Shown here: piece after piece, positions 36,513 to 50,772 of the stretch
Layout: every line of letters starts with the position of its first letter
Numbering within the stretch: position 1 is the stretch's first letter
Assembly (NCBI RefSeq): GCF_021869535.1
Contig: NW_026262745.1
Location: 12,772,001-12,836,000, forward strand
Length of the DNA stretch: 64,000 bases
Direction: 5' to 3'
Source: Mytilus californianus
Taxonomy: Eukaryota
Translations under genes and position numbers: made by a program
The notes under the pieces: generated by a model
The model's database searches: none
Told to the model about the DNA's origin: nothing
The model's input: the letters and a program-made list of their open reading frames with translations, nothing else

Positions 36513-39500
36513 TAACCCCGCCGCATTTTTGCGCCTGTCCCAAGTCAGGAGCCTCTGGCCTTTGTTAGTCTTGTATGTTTTTATTTTTAGTTCATTTATG
36601 TGTTTTGGAGTTTAGTATGACGTCCATTTTCACTGAACTAGTACACATTTTTATTTAGGGGCCAGCTGAGGATGCGGGATTTTCTCGCTGCGTTGAAGAC
36701 CCATTGGTGGCCTTCGGCTGGTATCTGCTCTTTGGCCGGGTTGTTGTCTCTTTGACATATTCCCCATTTCCATTCTCAATTTTGTTGTTAAGTAATAATT
36801 TCAAGATTGCGTGTATATATCGTTACCAATAGCGACCACGTCTGCGAAGCAAAAATATGAGAGTTTTCTGTAAAACGTACTGAGGTTTTTAAGGTGTCAT
36901 TGCTACAATACTAAAACAATTGTAAAAGTCCTTTAACAACTCCCTTAGAAAATTTCAAATCAAATTGACGGTATAGCACGATCAAGAAAACATAACGACA
37001 AATAATACTATCAAGAATATAAAAGCTTAATGATTAAGTAAATGTCAAACGGTCTCTGAGCTTTGATGTGTTTCGGACTAACTGACGGACGGATAGGTGA
37101 CGGACGGACAGATGCCATTACTATATCTGCCGCGGCGCGATGTGAGGTGAACAATAAAATAGTTTTAATATTACTTACCATCTAAGAGAGACATGTTGTA
37201 TTTTCAAGCTACAAACAATATATGTTATAAGTATAATAATTGCATCGTATGACAATTTTGTAAACTACGGAGAATATATGATATTACTCAATGCATATGT
37301 ATCCTATGATAAGTGTGATATCATAAAGTACTATTATAAGTACGCACACACACATATATATATATACTCATATTTAACATAAACACTTTTCTATAAATAG
37401 TTATTATAAATATATTTGGAATTAGTACAAACATCATCCCATTTATCGATTTCAGTAGAACAAATTATATTTAGACCTTTTACGTACACAAAATCAGGTA
37501 AAGAAAGCATTCATCTTTATAACATCAATGTTACAGACGACAAGACATAACATTACATGTAGGTACACATATAAAAAACCGTGAATGTTTAAAAATATAC
37601 CGCATCAAAAGATGTTTCCAAGGACACTTGTGCATCAAATTTTTCTTCCTATTAAGTGGAAAGCACCGACTATTCTGAAGAAGTAGATATATATATATAA
37701 GAGTTCGACAGTATTAAAAGTGGATAACTCAAAGTGTTTTTGTGTCGAAGTATTTAAAGTGGAAAATACAGATTCTTCTGTACAGAGATATATCGATATA
37801 CACAGACTCGTCTTGGGAGGAAGGCACTTTTTCGATGCCAAAAAAGTTAACGCTGGCAACATCTCTGTCGCTATACCCCAAAGTTTCTGAAAGGACATTC
37901 CTACAAGTGGCAGTTGAACATTTTGTGTTTTATTCCTTAAGACGACCGTTTTAACATTGGTCACTAAGAAACCAATAGCAATCATTTGAGTACCCCCGAT
38001 TTCCTGTAAGTATCTGCAAGCATCCTCTAAATGGTTTGGTTTATTACTATTCTGTTTATATTTCTTCTTTTTTTTTTGCTAGGTTAAATTGTCATGCTAA
38101 AGTGTAAAGTCCTTTTCCTGTAACGATACTCATTATACGTTGTTTAATGTACTTTTCGTTATAAACTTGAATGAGTGTGTATGTATGTAACTATGTATTT
38201 TTTTTTTTATTAAATTTTCTTTTTTTTTGTCATTGTCTTTGTTAAATTTAAGTCAGTATTTCAAGCTTCACGGTATATGATAAGTTTGAGAAATGAAGAT
38301 GACATATCTGAAAAGGTCGTTGATTGAATCATACATGTAAGTATCTGAAATTAATCAGATGTCGATTTTTTTTGTCAAAGAAGCAAATAAAACCTCAGTC
38401 GGAAATTCATCAGATATTTGTTAAATATAAGTATCACTCCGTGAAATAGCGTAATGAAATCATCATAGCTATAGGTTTAAATTAAAAGAAATATGTATGA
38501 TAGTGTACGTATATTCAAAATGTACGAAAATGATGCGGCATTGGCGGTCTCAGCGGCTCCTCACTATACCACAATAGGCGTGAAGCGCCTCCTTCATGTC
38601 CTTTTTTTGACTGTGTCACTAGGATACTGTCTCATTGACATTTACCCAACATCTCCTTTGTATTCATGTGTTCACATGTTCGTTCTATGCACATTAGCCA
38701 TTTTTTAAAATTGAATAATCAATATTTTCTTACCCGCGGGTAAATTTTTCGTTCAATCCTCACTTAGAATAAGTGTTAATTCACTGATAATAAATGTTAT
38801 AAATCAGACAATCTGATACAAGTGAATATATCCGTTTACTTTTTTACACTTCCTGTAATTTGTTTTTGTAAAATACATACGCGATACATTTTTCAATTAT
38901 TCATAAATATTATATTCCAAATGATCTTCTCTGAAAAGAATTTTTCCGCTGTTAAATAAGAATTAACGAGATAGTGTGTCTTGCATTTTACTGTAAAACA
39001 ATACTCAGTGCCAAAGCCGAGGTCACAAAATGGCACAAAAATAAATGCTGAATTTTATCTTCATAAAATGCGCTTTTGTTATCTTGATTTATTTTGAAAA
39101 TTGAAAGAATTTAAAAAATGTAAGAGAACATAGAAGAAGTTTGAACTACGACAAAAATTGATAGATCTAAAACTATTTTATCCTAGGTTTAGTCTGTGAT
39201 CATGATTGAGGAAATCTAACGAATCCATTTCAGTGGTTGCAGTTATTAAATCGTATATACATATTAATAAGAATCCTAGACATGGCTTATTTGTATCGTC
39301 TCGCACCTATGGTTCCGCTAAATAAAAAACGTCCGATAGCCCGAATTGTTTTCCAGGGCACTGTATTGTGGATATGACAGGCATTGTCAGGAGCTTGATT
39401 GTGTCACGGAAAGCCTAACGTTATACTTGGTAACAATATAACTTTCGTGTATAGTAGACTGTTGTTAAATTAGCAAATTATTATTTCTGTTTGTATAAAT

Positions 39501-39566
39501 TATCTAGAAACTATTGTTTTACATGTCAAAATTTGAAGTGAATGTAGTGTGCTATAATTCATTTAA

Positions 39567-39970
39567 GGATGATCGCTACTAAGTTTCAAAATAATAACCT
39601 TTTTAAAAGACTATCATAAATTGATAGTATGTAAATAGCGGAACTTAAAAAGCAGAAAAAAGGGAAAGGTTCGTGTCCGTGTTTTCAATATATAATCTAT
39701 TGAACTTTAGCGGGAAATGATTATTTAGATTTTTCATACATTTAACGTTGGCATCTTTTTTCTTTAAAACACTATGTCGGAAATAATATATAACAATGAT
39801 TTTATAAGAATTTCATAAATGGCTTTTTAAAGATCTTTAAACTCTATGTAGTAAAATTATGAAAAGAAAAGGAAGGGTTAGCGGACAAAATTTTTATTGG
39901 CACTACATCGGCCCAACTAGAGGATTCCGAATATCTGACAAAAATTCAAAAACAAGAGTAGCGAACATCC
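39567..39970. mobile_element. Kolobok-type MITE (TTAA TSD)
   Basis: TTAA|GGATGATCGCTACT ... AGTAGCGAACATCC|TTAA. The TIR matches at 13 of 14 positions and starts with RR. Length 404 bp. Confidence 0.7.
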
Positions 39971-42900
39971 TTAAAGGGATACTAGCTGCCAAAATGGTAT
40001 GTCTGAACACTGAATATATTCAAAATTGAAAAAAAAAATAGCTTCTAATGCTACTAGAGGGGGAAAATAGGCCTGATCCTCATCGCTGCATACAGCTGAT
40101 TGAGGTAACATGTATGCTGGTACATAACTGATCATTCCCTTTTATCGAAACCAACAAAAATTTTGAAACTTAATTTTCCTTGTACAATGAGTGTCGTAAA
40201 TCAAACGATCGGCAAACAGGAAGTGGTTGCATCGTGGATATAAAATTTCTTACTCGCTACAACTCAACATCATCAAGAGCAGATGAAGTATTAAACGATT
40301 CTCCTTCATAGAAGCCAAGAAAAGTTTGACGAAAATTGATGGTCCTCAAATTGTCAAAAAATATCATAAGGACCATAAGAGTAACGGTAGTCCGCAAATT
40401 GTGAAAAAATATCATATTAAACTTAAAGGACCTGAGTGTTATATATCGTATACGGTTCCCCAGCTAGGTTAAAGAGTAAAATAAATTATGTCAAAAATAT
40501 AAAAAAAAACCTGTTACATTTGAAAGACCTTCTGCCAGATCGCATGCAATTCATATTCGGGTATGAAACTTACAGAAAACACAATTCCCTACTTCTGTCT
40601 TCCTTTTTGATTCTGTTTTGAAAAAAAAACGTGCTTTCTATCACGTCCGCTATATTTTAAGAAGTGCAAATTAAGTGGAACGAATCCCGACACAGTTACA
40701 ATAAGTGATCTATATCATGTATATGAAGCATTTAAAATTTCAATACGTTGGGTTTTTTTTAATTGAGTATACGCATAAAGACGAAAACTTTTATAAAGGT
40801 ACGAGACCATATCGCTGTTTTCGTTGATAAATAGATGTCATAGAACACACATTAATTACACATGTAAAATGGATGATTGACGACTTGGCGCCCCAACTCT
40901 GGATCGGCAATTTCTTAGTTTTCTATGTGGACTGCGGTCTGTCGTCCCACGGTCACAAGAAGTCCCCCCATCCCCCCAAAAAAGGCTGTCGGATGTAAAA
41001 GTAATATAGCATGTAAAACAAGAAGATCAATAAAATGAGGGAAACTACATCCGCCCACAGCTCATTCAAAGATTTTTTTAATAGGGAAATTGGGCTTAGG
41101 TCTTATATCTTTTAACGTCTTTGTAGAAAACAAAGATGAAATGGGGCAAGTCAAATTGTGCTTTTTAAGACGACTCATTTATAAAATTAAAATATAAAAT
41201 CAAACGAGGAAGTAGAATGTGCCGAAATCTCAGACATTTTAAAACGAAAGTGGATAGAAAGCCTTTTGTAAAGGTGAATAGTAACGATACATTTTTTAAA
41301 TACGTTACTTTATTGATTATTTTGTCATGTTTGTGATTTTTTTCCAAAGTTAATGAAGCTTCACTTATCGTAAATTACCTATAAATTATGTTTCTTCCTT
41401 GACCACATTAACTGGTGTTTATTACCACATTAAACTGGTGTTGTATTGCAGCTGTTAAATCACAACAATGTCTAACGTGTCATATCGATATGAAAGAATT
41501 CGCTGGCAAAACGAATCTAGTCAACTCCGTATGAAAATGGAAAAAATCTTGAAACACATAATAATGAATGAAAGGAGGTGTGGGTATACGTAAATGATGA
41601 AACAACAAGAAGACGACACTGTATATTCAGATTCAGTTACAAAGTTTCAATCATTTATTTATACCTCAAAGTAAAACGGAAAAAAGTTTGAAGTGCTTCT
41701 GTTCTACATACATGAAGTACACTTGAAGACTCAAAGACTATAAAATAATTTGCGCAGAAAACTTAGATTGCAATACAATTAGACAATGATTTGGATTAAA
41801 ATTGTACGAACTCTGTCTGTCTCCCTTATTCAGATTTGATCTTTGGTTTACAAGTTAAAAGAATCTAATTCGAATTTTTTTCCGCTCACTAACAGCTAAC
41901 GTTTTGTTCATTTTTAGAGTCATTTTTTCAACAACAAAATCGCTAGACACCACTTCTGCGACGTTAATAGAAAAGTTAATCCATTCTTTACGTTTTTAAC
42001 TGTGTACGTACCCTGGTGAAAACTTGACGAATCAATAAATGATTCCAGAAACTGTTGTTACGGCAAGGACATAACATTTTACCAAAAAAGGGGCGCTTAA
42101 TTGAGTTATCTTTTGCGACTTTATTTTCATTCCTCTTGAAGTATTATCCTTTAAATACCTAAAATATAAAATATGTAACAAATGCCTCTACATTAAAGTC
42201 ATTGGGATTTTTTTTTTCACACAAAAATAATCATTCAACCGCACTGCTTACAAATTTATATAAGTTATTTTTTGCTAACGCGCATAACACTTCGTAAAAT
42301 CCGTAAATTTTAAGGCTGTTCTTGAAACAAAATGTTACATACCACTATTTCCTACTTACTTTTACTTGTCCCCTATAGTATTAACGGGACAATATACAAC
42401 TCTTAATTGAAACCAAAATGAGAAGTTATGCATGGTATGACAAGGCCACTATTTTGTTGGATAAGCGCTGATAGTCAAAATTGATACATTTGTTTTTTTC
42501 GAATTTCCTTTGCTTAAATCTATTTCTTATGTATGATTGTATAGTGTTAATATCATATCACTAGTCATTACATATATTACGAAAATGAAAGCTCTGTTCA
42601 TTGATGCATTTACTCGATGCTGATCGATATGTAATTGTAAGATATTTATTTGTTAAAAGTATTTTTCTAAACTATCACATTATACAATTTAGAAAGTATA
42701 GGTTTCAAACATTTGTTTTAAAAAAAACAGTATAACAAACCAACCAACAGACCAGTATATGACATTATAGGTATGTGAAGTCCTCGGAACATGGTTAATT
42801 TAAAGCATCAATTTGATATTGGTTACTATCTCTGTGTACTTTAGGTGATGTTGATAAAGTCGATAGTATCAAGTTACTTGTTCCTGACGGAAAATATTTT

Positions 42901-44606
42901 ATTCATTAGAGAGAGTAAAAAATATTCAGTCAGAATTTAAGGTATCGCATATCAGTCTAATCTAGGAGATCAGATTGCTGAATACAATCTCCTTCGGTTA
43001 ATGCATTATTTTGTTAGTTCGACTACTTTTTTCACAGTCCCTTATTCGTGACCCTCAGAACGGAGTCTTTTCCTTGATAGGTTGCATTTTGTATCATATT
43101 ACTAATAATAATGAAACTGAAATCTACATAACAGTGTCAAAGAGACAACAACCCGACCAAAGAACAGAAAACAATTTCTGATAATAAATTTTAAAAACTG
43201 TTGTTTTCTCTCAGAATCACCACCCTCCCCCCCCCCCCCCCCCCAAAAAAAAAAAAAAAAACAAAACAAAAAAAAAACCACGAAAACTGCGAAGCACTCT
43301 ATACTTTTTTTTTTAGAAATGTTAAACTCGTTAGATTAACCCTCATCAGGAACGCTCAACCCCAAACATTTGAAAGCCAGGTAATGTATAAATACGTAAA
43401 CACTCTAGGAGCTATACGAGACCTACATAGAATATACAAATTTATCTCAGGTCAATTTACTTAGGGAATTGGAACCTTATTTTCTTACCAATTTCGTAAT
43501 TTATAAACGAACGCATATTTACAAAGATGTCAATGTGCGTAAAATATCTTTTTGATAAACCTTTGGTTCTTTTTTATGTATTCCAAAAACTATGCTATTC
43601 TAGGTCGATTATGTCAATTTTGACACGTATATGTCATCATAGTAACATTTCAATTGCCTTTTTTTCACCAAAGTGTCCAGATTATATGGACTTTAATAGC
43701 TTTCTATGCGATATGGGTTCATTGTTGAAGGCCGTACGGTGACCAATAGTATCTAACTTCTACGTCATTTGGTCTCTGGTGGAGGGTTGTCTCATTGGCA
43801 ATCATAATTACAACATCTTTTAATTTTTCTGTTATTCATTAACAAACAAAAATAACACAATTTTGAAAGGCTTGAACGACTTAATCATTTATCATGAATT
43901 CCAGGGGCCAAATTAAGGCTCTTGTGTGATAAATTCATATCAAGATATTCAAACGAGACGTCGTGAAATGCGCAAGGGATTTACTTATGCATCTTTGGAT
44001 CAAGCCGTCTGTAAAATTTCTTTTTTACTTATGGTTAATACTTTTAAAAACGATTTATTACTCAAACTTACGAAAACATTATGAGTTAGTTCCTCAACAT
44101 GCAGGCTGTTTATAATAAGAAACTAAGCTATACTTTAAGATTTTTTCTAATCGACTAACTGTTTTGAAAATAATGTTCTCAGTTTCGAAAAACCGTTGAC
44201 AGTTGCTTCCGTCTTTTACAGAATTGTCAGTAAATATTTTCAGATGATCTTATTTTTGAAAATAATTTTATTTTAAAATCTAATATCGGCCTATGCCTAC
44301 ACCAAATGAAGTTATAAATAGTGATTTTTTAACGATAAAGAAAGAGTTGAGCTTATTAACTAAGCATATAAACTAATTTCTGGGGACGTATCGTCCCCGC
44401 AGGGATTATCAGCTTAGAAGTCAGCATTTTTGCGTTGACATGAAATAAGATTTAAGATTTAAGATTTATTGTAAAGCAATGCTCAGACACTTTAATGTGT
44501 AACATGAGGTAAATATACAATAATAAACATGATTTATAATACAATGGTAACATTTAAAAACAAAAACAAATAAAAATTCATACAAATCAATATATATATA
44601 TATATA

Positions 44607-47600
44607 TCACAATAAGTTATTTAGCTTTCTAATAAAAGATGACACCTGTCTATATAAATTAACATTGCAATAAGATAACATAACAGATAATTTCTGCTTG
44701 CTTGGATGCTTCGTATAATAACTAGGGATATGTTTTTCTCTAAAAATAACCAGTCGGGGAGACTTACATATAAAAAGATAGTGAAATTTGTCTCCTACAT
44801 TTTCTTTACATATGTGACATTTTCGGTCCTCCGCCAGAATATTATACCAACGCCCAGTTTCAATGGGAATTTTTAAATTAGACGTTCTTAATTTTGTCAT
44901 CCAGATTCTTGCATTTTCCGGGATTTTTATTAAATAATTTTCAAATCCAAAATAATTTTTATAACTGGAGTAAAATACACCTCGGGAAGATAATTGAACA
45001 TCTTGATGCCATTTTTGTATATATTGGTCTTGTAAAACCTGTTTTATCAGATGTTTGTAGTCAGTACTATCTTGATTGACAAACACATATCCTAGTCCTG
45101 TATCATTAGATATTGATTCTATAAAATTCAGCCATTTGAATGACTGACCGCTATTTCGCTTCAAACTTAATAATAATCTATGCATATTACTACTTAATTT
45201 TTCACCATGCATATTATATTTTATCCAAAATGATGTCATTCTTATTTTAACTTTTATTTCTAATGGAAATCTGCCAAATTCTCCATATACCATATAGTAA
45301 GGCGTTGAAGATCTTACTCTTAAAATACGTTTACAAAAATTTAAGTGAATTTGTTCTAAAATTTTCAAGTTTTCGTATCCCCAAATCTCACAGCCATATA
45401 AAAGAATAGGCTCTACCATGGCATCAAAAAGTTTAAGCTGTAAATCTAATGGGATGACTTGATTTCTAATACTTTTGTACAAGCTGTATAATGCTTTTTG
45501 TGCTTGATTAACCAATTTTTTCTTCGCTTCTGTAAAAGTACCATCACATTTGAATATGAGCCCAAGATATTAGAATGTATCGACTAATTCTATATTTTTG
45601 CCCTGTAATTTAAATTCAAATTTTCGTCGCACTTTGCCTTTGCTAAATACCATACTTTTTGTTTTTGTAACATTTACTTCCAGTTTCCATAATTCACAGT
45701 AATTCTGAAAAATATTTAGTGCATTTTCCATACTTTCTGCTGAATCCGCCAAAATGACGGTATCATCAGCGTACAGTATGGCGAACAGTTTCATAATTGA
45801 ATTTAACTCATTTTGACATTTTTCTTTAACTATCTCAAGGGGACATCCACCTAAATCAATAAAGAACTGTTCTATGTCATTTTAAAAAATGAAAAAGAGA
45901 AAGGGAGATAGATTTTCACCCTGTCTAACACCAGTAAGACAGGGAAAATATTCTGACTGTTGGTTGTTGTATTTAACACATGATTTAATATTATTATACA
46001 TATTAAAAATAACAGTACAAATTTTCCCTTTTATACCACTGTTCTGTAGTTCTTTCCACAAGCAACTTCTCCATACAGTGTCGAAGGCCTTGCGGAAATC
46101 AACAAATGTGCAAAATAGTTTTTTTTCCAAAAGACTTATACAGTGCTATTAAGGCATGCAATACAAATAAATTATCGGTTGTAGAGTGACCTTTTCGAAA
46201 TCCAGCTTGGTTGTATGAAATTAAGGAAATTTCGTTTGCAAAAAAGATTAACCTAGAATTGATTATTGATGTAAAGACTTTTCCTAGACAGCTTATTACA
46301 AGTTATTGCTCTGAAGTTATCAGGAGACATGGTATCTCCTTTGTTTTTAAAAACTGGTCTTATTATACCAATAGTCTAGTACTCTGGTATTATTCCGGTG
46401 TCTAAAACAATGTTAAATAAATTACAGTAAATATGTACCAGTGCTGGAGTGGAATGTTTTATATATTCATTTAAAATTTTATCTAATCCTGGTGATTTGT
46501 TATTCTTTAAATTTTTGATTGCATCAATTATTTCAGCTTCCGTAATCTAATCGTTCAAGATTGAATCGTACAAAGCATCATCACAAATAGAGTTAAAATC
46601 AATATCAATAGCATCATCAGCTGCATCGGGTTCGTATTGATTCAATTTTTTAAAATATTCGTAAAATGAGTCAATAGGAATCGGAGGGTCCTGTTTAGTT
46701 TGACCGGAATATTTTTTAAGAGTCCTCCAAAAGACTTTTGTGTCAGATTTCGAGTGGAATCTTAGCTCACCAGCACATTTTTCTTGATACTTACTAAAAT
46801 TTTGGTTTAGTGTTTTCTTATAATCTTTAGCAGAAGTGCTTAAAAGTTGTTTGATCTCTGCAGATTTATTATGCTTATATGTATTTTTAACCCGATGAAA
46901 AGCATTTCGTTTTTCCTTGCACTCTTTATTAAACCAAGGTTTTGCATTTAATTTAGGTGACCTATTAGACCTTATATTATTTTTATCAATAAAATCGTTA
47001 GTGGCGTTATTTACTTAGAATTTTCAAAGGTTATTAATAAGACTATTTATCTGATCGGTATTAACCTGTGTGTTTTCATTCATTTCATTCAACATACTGT
47101 TAAGTTCATTCAATGAGTTATGGGGATCATCGTTTATTTATTGAATAAATTCTTTTGCTTTATCTGACCTCCAAATTACATGTTGGTCTACCTTTTGATT
47201 AGAAGTTAAGTTTTTCTGATGATTATCGTGATCTATTTTCATTGTAAAATGAACTCTATTATGAACATCAGAAAACATTGGGTTAAAACAAATTATTTCA
47301 AAATCTGTAGTTATATTAAAACTATTAGGTGAAAGTAACAGATAGTCTACCATGCTAGCATCTTTGCATGTTCTATGGCCAATACCTTTGTCTGAAAAAA
47401 GACGACCATTTGCTTTAAAAAGGTTACATCTTTTACAAAAATCCAATAATTTTGTTCCATATTTGTTTACACGACCTGTATTCTCATTAAATCTTTGTAA
47501 AATATTATTTTCTTTTAGTATAGAATAACTAGAAGTATTATCATCAATTTCATCTTCTTCAATTTGTAGTATTTCCTGTAAATTTATATCATCATCAACA

Positions 47601-48090
47601 TAATCCTTCAAAGAAGAAGTTCTAGCATTGAAATCCCCTACGATCACAATATTTTTGATACCTTGAGAAAATATTAACAATTCTCCTTCGATTTCAATAA
47701 ATTTCATCAGATGAATATTTTGAGAACTCAGGTGGAACATAAGTACAACCAAATAGAGTATGTTGATCAAGGGAGGATATTTTTTTGAAATTTCAATCCA
47801 TTGAACAAATTCAGAATCCGATTTTAAAAACCGTAAATATTGTTTAAGCTTTTTTAAAAAAATTATAAGGATACCTCCCGATTTGTTTTTAAATTTCCTT
47901 TTGTTTTTGGCAAAATAGTCATATTCTCCGGGTAATTCCAGCACATCAAACTTATCCAATTTAGTTTCTGAAAACACTAAGATATCATACTGTGTAATTA
48001 GATGGTGCAAATCAGGATTCAGTAATTTTGACTTTATACCACACACATTTAGATGAGTTATTTTAAGTTTATCAATTCGCTCAGTAATGC
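44607..48090 (-). pseudogene. LINE ORF2 (endonuclease-RT), multiple stops and frameshifts
   Basis: Split over ORFs 47138-48046, 45882-46130, 45570-45794 and 44607-45515. Confidence 0.85.
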
Positions 48091-48157
48091 TATCTAAAGC
48101 GTTGCCGCTGTCCTATCTTGATTTTTCAGCAGTATCCGATTCAGTACGGGTTCTTTT

Positions 48158-49073
48158 TTATCGTGGTGGTATTGGTGAACTGTTTGCTGCTTCTCTATGT
48201 TGTTGCGTACTAGGAGCTCGTTGGTTGGTAATTTCTCTATCATTATTTGCTGGATTGATATTGTTTTTTTCGGGGTTGTACAACTGACCATTAATATATA
48301 GTTTGTCACGAACAAGTCTCGCTTGTTTGCCTAGACTTTTTTCTTTTTTCAAGATCGGGTACAGTTTGCGGCGCCTTATTTCTATCTCTGGAGGGAATTG
48401 CTCGTTGATACCGAAGTTTGTATTTTTAAGTCGATATGCTTGTTTCAGAACATGTTCCAATTCTTTTCTATAGATGAATCTGGCAACAATCGGGCGTGCT
48501 CCATTTCTACCATGTTTGCCGAATCTATGTACATTTCCAAGTGTAACCATGTGTTCTATTCCTAGTTCCCTATTGATAAAAGTTTGTAACTTTGCCTCAC
48601 AGTCCTCAGATTGATGATAGGTTAGACCGTTGAATACCAAGTTATCTTTCATGCTACGGCATTTCAGGTCTAGAATGGTTTCCTGCAGTTCCTTTATAAT
48701 TGATTTTTCCTGTATTGTGTTTTCCTCAATCTTTTCAATATTAATTCTATTTGAGTCACATTTTTTCTATAACTTTTTCAACAACTTGACCCATGCCTTT
48801 AAAGCTGTTTTCAATTTCTTTATTATGTTGTTGTAATTCGGCAAGATTATGTTCTGCTTGGTCCATACGTTGGACAACCGATGATAACTGTTGTCTAACA
48901 TCATCAATTTTTTCGACCTCTGTTTCAATTTTTGTTATTCTGTTGTTCATTGATAGCAAAGTATTTAGAATCTTATTCAGAACCTCCAAAAGTTTTGGTT
49001 CTATATCTGCTTCCAACGTGTTTTTACTAGTATCTTCTAATGAGCGTTTTGTATCAAATGGATCCATTTCCAA
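48158..49073 (-). pseudogene. LINE ORF1 (coiled coil plus RRM/CTD-like region), interrupted
   Basis: A heptad-rich segment is followed by DNLVFNGL...HRFG...RPIVARF...INEQFPPEI, typical of this ORF1 class. The frame breaks at ~48756. Confidence 0.75.
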
Positions 49074-50727
49074 TCGCTTTTGGTAACGTTGTTACGACGC
49101 CATCTCATCGAAATGTTAATTTCTGCAATTTTATTTAATTTTCTTTAAATCTAATGTGTTTGAAATAATGAATTATTAGATTCACTTAGGTTTTCTACTC
49201 AAGGTGTAGAATGCCTTGGCACAAGGATTTGGTACAATTTATCAGAATTTTCGTTTTTTTTTTATGCCCTTCAACATCGTATTTGATTCGGCCTTCCAAC
49301 TGTTTGATTCGATTGACAACGTTGTTATATATATGTAAGAGTACTTTGCATGCACCACCTGCCATGCGAATTAACTCAGTCAAAATTTTGTAGTCGGGAA
49401 TAGAAAATCGTTTAAAATAAAGATAAGAATTCTATTTTGGTATCTAAAAATCAACGACTTCGACAATATGTCGGTAGAATACTGCAAGACAACAGAAAAA
49501 GAAAAGTATTTTTGCCTTTATTTCTATTGTTGAAAATTTAAATATGGAAAAAATGATCATTTGGATTCATAAACTGTTCATCAGTTGACTTTATTCCTAA
49601 TATTCTAAACCAACGGCGCCACATGTAGTTACGGTACTTGAGAGACGAAAGTAAAAGACATTCGATTCCAAAATAATAAAATCAGTGATACAATGGTTTG
49701 AAGCATCGTTCAACTCATATAATTACAAAGGTATGTGCCTCAATTCCTGGAAAAAAGAGAGAAAATAACAAAGAGGTAATACAAAAAAGAATGAAACAAA
49801 CATTTGCAAGAATTTTAGAATTCGGCAGATATTTGGTGCTTTGTCTCAAAAAGTTTATCGGCAAAGTACCAAGCCCTTTCAAATAAATATTCAGCGCCAA
49901 CTTCACAAATAATACAGTATGGTCTTGAGTTACAGATTCTAGGTGCTGATGTTGGTATGATTTTTTTTTAACTTTATAGTTTTCCTTTTATTTATGTTCT
50001 TTTTTGGTCGTATTACTTTTGCCGTGACTCGGTATTTGTGCATCCTGCTATCGTGGTTTTGGCTATGGGCGTCCCTGATGCGGTTGGGTTTAGAGGTACG
50101 ATTTGGACGCCTTAGGTTATTATAGTGTTGTTTTCATTTTGTTTACCCTTGTATCTATATATATCTTAAATTGTACTTTATCGGGAAATGGTATATGAAA
50201 TTATGATTTACTATACTGTATGTACTATTAACCTCTTTTTCTGTTGGCGTCTTTGTCAGATCTATTTGTATGTTTGTTTGAATGTTTAATTCATTTATGT
50301 TTGTATGTGTGCGATGTATGTTAACACAGTTTTGGCTGTTGGATCCCAATTATTGAGAAAATTTATATGAAATTACTAGTATATTTAACAAAACTGTATA
50401 TTCTATCAACTACAAAAACATTTGTTTTGTTGGCGTCTTTGTCAGGTTTATTTATATGTGTGTATGAATTTTTGAATCAGTTGTGTTTGTATGACCATGG
50501 CTGCTACATCCTAATTACGTCACGTTTACATCGGCGTTAACATGTATATCTATTATATAGTCATTTTTGTAAATTTACTGTTTGCAAAAGTATGAATTGT
50601 TATAAATACTAAGGATTTTCTTATCCCAGGCATATAACCTTGGCCGTGTTTGGCACAATTTTTTGGAACTTATGGTCCTCAATGCTCTTCAACTTGTACT
50701 TGTTTTGGCTTTCGGACTTTTTTATCT

Positions 50728-50772
50728 GAGCGTCACTGATGGGTCTTATGTAGACGAAACGCGCGTCTGGCA
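50728..50772 (+). ncRNA. Type I hammerhead ribozyme (core variant CTGATGG)
   Basis: GCGTCA-CTGATGG-GTCTTATGTAGAC-GAAAC-GCGC-GTC-TGGCAT, inside a retrozyme/PLE fragment at 50540-50820. Confidence 0.7.

Larger units (their letters stand above)
33740..36783 (+). mobile_element. Second copy of the same Penelope-like element (inverted relative to 30681-32120), with two nested insertions
   Basis: 33770-33983 plus 35549-35660 encode the same RT C-terminus (...KLTKPL|NRLIRKGYSY...SLHRK*). The 3' region ends at CCATTCTCAATTTT (~36783). Confidence 0.85.
44448..49108 (-). mobile_element. Near full-length decayed non-LTR retrotransposon (RTEX/CR1-group-like LINE)
   Basis: ORF1 pieces at 48756-49073 and 48158-48652. 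APE endonuclease at 47138-48090 (HLNVCG, SETKL, GDFNAR, VDY, SDVH). RT fragments VDFRKAFDTV, GVRQGENLSP and YADD. C-terminal ETGRW...CxxC...HYLFIC. The 3' end is AATAAA followed by (TCTTAAA)n. Confidence 0.9.

Noticed and set aside
37635-37985. 116-aa minus-strand ORF and an overlapping 70-aa plus-strand ORF
   Set aside because: No recognisable domain, no consistent splice sites, and composition typical of random AT-rich ORFs.
48087-49086. Plus-strand ORFs overlapping the LINE ORF1/ORF2
   Set aside because: Antisense shadows of the LINE coding frames.
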